A DNA stretch of 64,000 bases, taken from Amoebidium appalachense. Its lineage: Eukaryota; Protista; Ichthyosporea. The DNA is taken from positions 6,726,171 to 6,790,170 of the forward strand of contig CAVNZM010000009.1 in NCBI GenBank assembly GCA_963693365.1. The letters are read 5' to 3'. Position numbers and translations under genes: made by a program. The notes beneath the pieces are model-generated. The model was not told the origin of the DNA. It did no database searches and saw nothing but the letters and a program-made list of their open reading frames with translations. Positions 42,261 to 64,000 of this stretch are shown piece by piece; position 1 is the stretch's first letter, and every line of letters starts with the position of its first letter.

Positions 42261-43902
42261 GGAAGGGGGAGAAGCGTTGCCCGTCGTAGTCTGTATTATC
42301 CTGATATATTTTCGGGAAAGGGCTAGGCTAAGCATATAGAAATTTGGTCCAGGAGGTAGATTTTGAAACTGTTGCATGCTGGTGGCAAATAATATGCCTC
42401 ATGGGCAGACATGACAGCGGCAGGTGTGAGTCCCCCCCCCCCCCCCCCCCCCCCCCCGCCCCTCCCCAACCATCCCTTCAGCTACCTTTGCCTGGGGAAG
42501 GGGGTGAGGGGGCAGGGAGGGGAGGAGGGGGGAAAGGGAGGTGCAGGGGGGAGGGGAGGGGGGATATTTAATAAGGGTTTCAAACTCTCGAATATTTTTC
42601 GGGCTAAATAATTTGGGTTTTGTGGAAAGCTGAGAACAAGGTAGCGTCTGTCTGACTGTTAGCACACAACGGGCCACCTAATTAGACACGGAGTGTTTGG
42701 GGATCCACTCTGGCCTCTGTATGACTGTGGTGTACAGGCGTTCATGTACAACGGGCCACCTACACACGGATCGATCCGGAGTGAATTGGGGGATCCCCCC
42801 TCCCCTCTCCCCTCCCCCTCCCCTCCCCCTCGCCTCCCCTCCCCCCCTCCCCCCATCCCTCTTCCCCCCCCCCTCCCCAGGCCCGGCCTACGCCCCCGCA
42901 TCAAAATACACACCTAAAGCCCCGTTTTCCGCCCCTCCCACGCCCTAACACCCACCCACTCAACCCCCAATTTGAAACACTGATACACACACACCACCTA
43001 TAAAAAGAAGAATCAATGAAAGCGAAAAAAACCGAAACCGGGGGAGGGAGGGGGGGGGGGGGGGGGGGGGGGGGAGGGGGGGGGGGGGGGAAGGAGGAGG
43101 GGGTGGATTTCAGTTTTTTTTGGCTTTCTCGAGCTCAAACCGGCTGTAGAAACAGGCATTCTCCGCGTGGTACTGGTCAAGGTCAGAGCATGTTTTTGCC
43201 GGCGCCGGCCGGAAAGTCTGTTGCTGCCGGGCGGTCAACGTGGGTACGTGAGGTGGTCAAAAAGCTGCTCTGCCCGCCAGCACTTGCAAAATGTACACAG
43301 TAGGCCAGTGCCCGGCTTATAACCGCGTCCTAGAACCCCTACCGAAACCTGCAGGCGCGATCGGCGTCAATACCACATATGCATATATATAGGTAGGGCA
43401 TGTAGGTAGGCATGTGCCGAATCAGTAGCGCAGATGAGATATTTTACATCGAGCCTGGAAAACACAATACAGCAGAATGTAGCGTGGCAGTTAAAATCCT
43501 GTCCTCTTTTGCCTTCCTGTTGAACCGCCTTATGCCCATATATACAAGTGCACTTGTCGGTCCTCTTGTTAGCGACGTACACAGTAGATCTTACACGCAC
43601 CGCGCCTCAACAATATGATTGGTCAATCTATTTATCGGCACGGTGAGTGGTCTCACAGTGGCTGCCGTCATGATCATCCTAAAACCCAGATGAGCGGGGG
43701 GCGTTTCGAGAATAGCAGCTGGTTGTAAAATTTATGTCTGTGTGCCGTGTGGGTGTATTAGTTTTCAAATGCGTGTTTATTAAAGTCTCCATAAATACAA
43801 ATAAATGTTTTTTTGATTAGTTTTACTTTAAATGCTGGAGAAAATAGATGATAAATATATATTAGAAAATCCAAAGCATCTTTTTCCTTGTTCTACAAAC
43901 CC

Positions 43903-44115
43903 AAAGCGGGTAAGCTCCTCGCCTCCGACGCAGGAGGCACCTGGTTCGAATCCCGGGATGTAGCGCATTGGGGATCGGATGCCCTGATGCAATGCACGGC
44001 CCCGTGCCTGATGGGACTCGCTTGGGTGCAGAACTATGGCAATGGCTCTCTTTTGTAATTCCAACCGGGGTAGTCAAGGATCGGATGCCTTGGCTATTCC
44101 GGAAAGTTTTTTTTT
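43903..44115 (+). mobile_element. tRNA-derived SINE-like unit or Pol III ncRNA (degenerate 5' end)
   Basis: B box GGTTCGAATCC at 43943-43953 after an anticodon-like arm; two downstream hairpins; ends in a T9 run. Confidence 0.65.
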
Positions 44116-44119
44116 CAGC

Positions 44120-44990
44120 GTGAATTCATCCAGTTCATCTCTCGGACCTCACGTAGGCACAATTCTCTGGCGGCTCCTTTGCTGAGTGTTTTTGGTCGCC
44201 CTCCGGCGAGTCAGCGTATGAACGAGTTAGGCCTTCGCTTTTGTTTTCATTTGGTTAAGCTTCCTTCTTATCATCCTTTGTTGCAATTCTTTCCTTCTTT
44301 AGACCCTGTTCCCATTTCTAATATTAATGTTCGTGCGAAATGTCCTGTACCCAATCTATCTCCCATTCAGACAGTCAGAGATATCCTTTTAAATCCAGTC
44401 AAAAGGGAATATTTGTGCATACTTGCATATCTTTCCGTCGAATAAATCCAGTCAAAAGAAGAAGAAAAAAATATTAATATTTGTGTCCTTTATTTTTCTC
44501 TTCCCCTATTTATCAGCAGTATGTTACTTGGGTTCATACTCAATATCCTTTGCTTCGTCGTTGTGATAAAGAGTATCATGGTAGGACTCTTGAGCGTACA
44601 TGTGCTTCTTTTTATATTAGAGACTCGTCTACTTTCTCTACAATCATTATGTAAATTAGCTACTTATATTCATCCTTCCTCTCGTAAACCTACCACACTT
44701 GCCGATTTTGCCATTCTAACCCCTTCGTGTGATATTGCTTGGAAATGTTTATTTTGGCGTTGTAACCTTAGTTTCCATAAATGGTTGTGTCACTTTTGTG
44801 CAGAGCCTTTTTCTCGCAAACATCTAGATAAATGTATTTATTTATCTCAGATTCTTCCGTTAGAAATTCGAAGACTTGCTTATTTAGATAATCCTGATAT
44901 TACTTCCGTTGACTATCTTTAAACCACAGTCTGTTTAACTTATAGGGTGTATGATTATTTGAGTCGTTATCTCCTCCGTATCCGTGAGTA
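44120..44990 (+). mobile_element. Degenerate non-LTR retrotransposon (LINE) ORF2 3' fragment
   Basis: WRCNLSFHKWLCHFCAEPFSRKHLDKC...SVDYL zinc-knuckle region, homologous to the modules at 45286-46732; has stops and frameshifts. Confidence 0.65.
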
Positions 44991-45285
44991 GGGTTTTTTT
45001 TTTCTTTTCTTCTTTGGACTGGATTTATTCGACGGAAAGATATGCAAGTATGCACGGCATACTGAGAAGACAATAGAAACTTCACGAGTTATCCAGTAAC
45101 AAGTGCATACTGAGATACCTGAAGGGGGTTTACACACTTTTTATTGCGTGGACACTGCCGGAGGCCCAGCCACATTCGACGGCCTACTGCGTTTTCCAGC
45201 ACAGCCAATCAAATGCAGCCAGTGACATATGTACATGCTAGGCAACAATGAGCGCCAGCGTAGTATCTGACACCCCTATTACATA

Positions 45286-46732
45286 TTATGGGTAAGCAGA
45301 TGCTAGCATCGGTAGCTCCGAAAGAAAGTTAAGGCACCGGATCACAATATCATACTGTGCAGCATTAATAAGGTGATCTAGGATAGTCATCTTAAAACGG
45401 ATATATTGAGGAAGAGAGGAAGAAAAGAGAATAAAACCGCCAATAACCTCCGGTTCTAATACATTAGCTAACAGGTTGCATTTATTGATAGATATATCAG
45501 CCGCGAGTAAACCGCCCCCCACACATATTACACATACGAGCAGGAGACACCAGAAACCGATTACACCGCCAAGCCATAATCATCTTTGCGTTTTTACACC
45601 ACACCACATTACGAATAAACGAATCTATGTATGAACGAGACTCTCTAACCGTATCCGCCATATAGGCTACTAGTAGTTGGTGTTTTTGCGGTCCTAACAC
45701 CGGAAGGGACTCAACACGTAGAGTAAAAAGATATCTATCAGCCATAGACTTGAAACTATTCAATATATTCACACTATGATCTAGCCGTACCTCCGGGGGG
45801 GTCGCCAGCCATTCCACATAGCGCTCGGCAATGGGCAGAGACGATGGGGAAGGGAAGAGGTAGAGGGGCAAATCCGGCGGGGATGCGTGTAGCCGGAAGA
45901 GCGGGTGGTCCGGGGCACAAGCGGACAGGCGGGTGATGTGCTCGTGAAATTTAAGGGCTAATTCGTGTACGCGTTGTGATGGTGGTGTGAGTGCGTAGAG
46001 AGAATCAAAAAGGCGTCTAGGGATAGGTGTGGAAAGACCAGTGAGAAACATACAACAAGTTGTGTAATGGAAATCATCTATTGATTTGAGGACATTAGTA
46101 ACAGTATCAGGGGGTGCCATAGCTAGTAAGGGCAACCCGTATTCCGACAAAGGGCGAATATATGTGCGAAATATACTAAGACGATTGTATAGGTGGACAG
46201 TATGAGAAAGAGTAGCAAGATACACATCCCGAAATAACCGAAGACACCTGCCTGCACTCTCCACCCGACGGTCGATCATCCGTTTGAAACATATGCCCCA
46301 TTCGTCCACCGGAATCCCCAAATACTTGTATTCGATTGGGCGAGGGAGGGCCCGACTGCCGAAAATACAAACGTCTGTGTGAAAATCATATAAATACTCA
46401 ATGTGACGACCAACAGAATTCAACAAAAAGTCTAAAGTGTTCACATTGCCAGCTAGTGTAGCAGATACCCGTAGGGAAAGAGGTAAAACGCGACATAAAA
46501 ATTCACACCTATCAACATGCTTGCGATTAAAAAGGTCAGCACAAAAGTGGCACCAGCGGCGATGAAAACAAGAATTACAGCGCCACTGCACAACTTCCCA
46601 GGCAATATCAACATCAGAGCACCATACAGACTTATCTACTAGGGTGGTATCCATACGTACAGCAGGAGAAATGTACCCTGCCAAAGCTCCCAAAAAGCGA
46701 TAATGATCAGTACGGTGTTGCCTAAGGAACAT
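45286..46732 (-). mobile_element. LINE ORF2 3' fragment(s): RT subdomain 7 (YKYLG), thumb (RTYIRPLSEYG) and CCHC knuckle
   Basis: 411-aa ORF plus a frameshifted tail (NKCNLL...TILDHLIN); no YADD core or endonuclease visible. Confidence 0.8.
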
Positions 46733-47568
46733 AACACATGCCGACTAGGGATTTTTGTATTTTCTTCTCTGAGATATCTTCCGGCTTGCTTCTCTTTCAT
46801 GAGCATATCAATACGTCATTATATATATAAAAACCCCCCCAAACAATCGGTAAGGGGGGACAGATCTATTTAATTTGCCAAACAGTTGATTGGTGGACAG
46901 CGCACCGTGAAAGCACAAAGGAATGGATTTAATCAAGACGTGATCACTTCCGATATAAATAGTCGTAAGTTCCAGCAGCCGACAAGCAGAATAGCAGCAC
47001 TGGCTGCTTTTAAACGGGGAAAAGGAGAGAAATGGCGCGCGAAAAGACACATGAAGTGCATTATGGGGTGAACTAACATGGGACTCAAGACAACAACCAT
47101 GGTACATGTGCTTGCCGGAGATCTCAGGTTTTTTGTGTGGACTGTATATACGCAGTATACCTAACAAAACGCGTAATTAGTAGACCTCACAATTGAGTGC
47201 TCCGAATTCTCCTACAATCGAGCCAACACACGGGGCTCTATTCAAACTATAGCTACTCAAATTTGCTAGCACATATTGGTGGGGATTTCTTTTCTTACAA
47301 CTTTCATAGCCTTTTTTGCTAGCAGCGGCGGCGTGACTACATGTGCACTAGACGCATGCGCCGCGACCGGGCCAAGTCGACACGATTGCCCACTGTCGAG
47401 AGAGAAGAAGGGATCACTGAAAACAGATTCACAGAGAATTTGAGAGAAACACCAAACGCTCACTGTCTCAACTGCGACGTGTCATGTGGGACTGCCCAAG
47501 ATAATTGTTTTTCGGTCAAAAACATATGAAAACCGTTGGCAACGCAATAATTTATTATCATCAGCATC

Positions 47569-52204
<4,636 letters not shown>

Positions 52205-52375
52205 AGTGTTGAATTATGGTAACAATTTGCTTTAAATGTGTGTGCCTTGCATGTGCGCACACACCTGCGTGCATGTGTTTGTGTGCGTTCGTGTGACTCT
52301 GGATTTAATGTCTTTTCCTCTCGTTCAAACGAGCTCCCGCCAGTTGGTGGGAGCGGGGGCAGGGGGGCAAGCCCC

Positions 52376-52409
<34 letters not shown>

Positions 52410-53275
52410 GGGGGATGCCATTGCCATTGGGGTAAAGGTTCGGAAGTTGTTTGTACATGATATAATCCGAACGGTTAGAAATATCAAACAATTCAACCGT
52501 TGCTGTGTGACACGTATATCCACTACTCAGAGCCCCCCCGCCTTGAAGCCTGAGAATAGAAAGAGGGGCGGGGGTGGAGTTTATGAGAGAAGGAATGGAC
52601 GGTGTGGTTTGGGTAATAGGAGAGAATTTAGGCACTATGTATTGGCCCAGTTTGTAAAATTGCTGAGTGAGTTGTACATTGTTGAAGGTTAATACACACA
52701 AAATGAAGCCTACATGATGTATGAAAGGTGTGTATAGCTAAGCTGTGTGCTACGGTTTTACCATATATGGTAAAAGTGTTTAAAAACCAAGGTGCGGGTA
52801 CCGGTACGCTATGCTTATGGCATAAGTGACTGAGGAGGCTGTTACTGTAACAGGAGGTGGGTATAAAAGTCATAAATAATATGCTAGTCCAGCGCTGCAA
52901 AAATATACATCAACTTCAGATGTTAGTCGTTTTTAGGTCGGCTTCTTATGATATGATTATTGATGTTCAAGGGGTGTGAGCATGTTTCCAAGCACTGAAT
53001 TACGGTCCTGGGCCTACAGGGCAAGTGAAAACATGGATGGTCAAAGGTGGGAAGAGGGGGTGGGGTGGGGGGCCGGGGAGGGGGGTGGGGGGGGGGGGGG
53101 GGATGGAGGGGAATCAGTATTGATCACAGGGAAACGGGAGGCGAGACTCAAAAAAACGCGCCGGATAGCATGGAGATTTCGGGAGAGGAAAGCTTAGTTA
53201 GAGATGCAATGCAACCCCCCCCCCTACCTTCCCCCCTGCCCCCCTCCCCCCTCCCCTCCCCCTCCCCCCGCCCCC

Positions 53276-53318
<43 letters not shown>

Positions 53319-54461
53319 TTCCCGATCATGGCCCATGCAAACAACAGCACTACTTAGATCGACCGTGATGATTGCATATGCAATGACCTATGAACTTTTG
53401 CATGCTTGATGCGATGCTCTGACCTTGCAAGCAATCGTGTAAATTGGCACGTTGTCAGTTCATTGTTGACAGTGCTCTATGTACGCCCCACCATTTCCAC
53501 ACAACGTTCAGAGCAATGAGAGCATCGTCGCTCACACCGTCATCATGGCCACAACCCAAAACGGTTACAGCTGTGCAGCCCAGCCCCTTCCGGAACTCTA
53601 ACGCCGTAATTTAAAATTTCCACGCCAAGAGTAATCAGATGCAAGATTTTGCAAGAATTCATCTCCTAATATGCATGATTTGGCAAGTTATAAATAGAAC
53701 ACAGAAATTCCTGTCGCTGGACATGCAACCCATGTGACTTTGCATTTTTCTGGTTTCAAACTGGCGCGTTGTTTTGCGTTTCAAGTTGTTGGGGAAGACG
53801 GGAGGGATTTCAGAAAACGGATAAGGTAATTTGTGATTCTCGGAGGGAGCGTACGCGTAGAGAACACAGGTTCTAGTTTGTGAAGATCTGAAGGTGGCCT
53901 TTGTAACATGTTCTAGGGATTAGGAAGGTATCGGTCGGTTGGTGGGAGCAAGCGGATTGCCCTCCCCAGCCTCGTCTACTCACGCCTCTTCTGGCTAGAT
54001 CCAGGCTCCTGTGCACGCCCTGCTGCCTTGTCGTCTTTACCCACGTCACTGTTTTGCTTGCCTTCTTCTCACCCGGGCACATGCGCAGGCACACACTTGA
54101 GGCATTAATTCTAAGCACACCCGAGCACAAAACAGTGTCCCCCTCCCCCCCCCCCCCCCCCCTCCCCCCTTCACCCTCCCTCTTCCCCCCCCCCCTCCCC
54201 CCCCCCCCCCCCTCCTCTTCTTCTTTCCCGTCTCCCTCCCGCTTTCCCTCTCCCTCCATTTCGCTCACATCTGCATGGACATGTGCATTCCAACTTTTAC
54301 TGTGTTTTTCTTGCAAGCCCATAGCATTTTCTCCCTCTCTCCTAAACCGTCTCACCCTCTACCCCACACGCACGCACGCACACACGCACGCACGCACAAA
54401 CATACGCACACACACGCACACACACAACACACCACACTTAACACCACCTTGTCCTCTGCAG

Positions 54462-63905
<9,444 letters not shown>

Positions 63906-63946
63906 GTCCACGACATCAGAATCTTTGGCCTAGGTATAATAGACCC

Positions 63947-63977
<31 letters not shown>

Positions 63978-64000
63978 AGACACACACCCCCTCCTCCTCC

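Noticed and set aside
43903-43960. Functional tRNA gene
   Set aside because: No acceptor stem or intact A box/D arm; continues into non-tRNA hairpins, so treated as SINE-like

Overview
Eukaryotic genomic DNA (GT-AG introns; gene content suggests an opisthokont, but the taxon cannot be fixed from this window). It is saturated with (CA)n, (GA)n, (CACG)n and poly-G/poly-C tracts, so most ORF-track entries are microsatellite artefacts. Spliced genes reconstructed by eye: (1) synergin-gamma-like AP-1 accessory protein (minus, ~28130 to <1, >20 exons); (2) orphan polyQ protein (plus, 30442-32778); (3) a poorly resolved orphan gene or pseudogene (minus, ~36640-39060); (4) an RGS domain fused to an AIFM2/FSP1-like FAD/NAD(P)H oxidoreductase, with an N-terminal Met-Gly (plus, 47569-52204); (5) a DUF2433-type metallophosphoesterase-like gene (plus, 54462 to >63905). 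Mobile and repeat content includes a Penelope-like RT C-terminus, two LINE 3' fragments, a tRNA-headed SINE-like unit and a 33-bp palindrome with a 9-bp TSD. There is also a dispersed, 5'-truncated repeat family that ends in ...ACATTCTAAC-poly(C). Every copy seen is co-oriented with its host intron, one copy appears to supply a branch point, and the family carries a covarying hammerhead-like stem. A 72-74-bp tandem array reiterates a splice donor and a potential 15-nt microexon. Several exons carry single-base indels, probably long-read errors. All family assignments come from motif recognition, not database searches.
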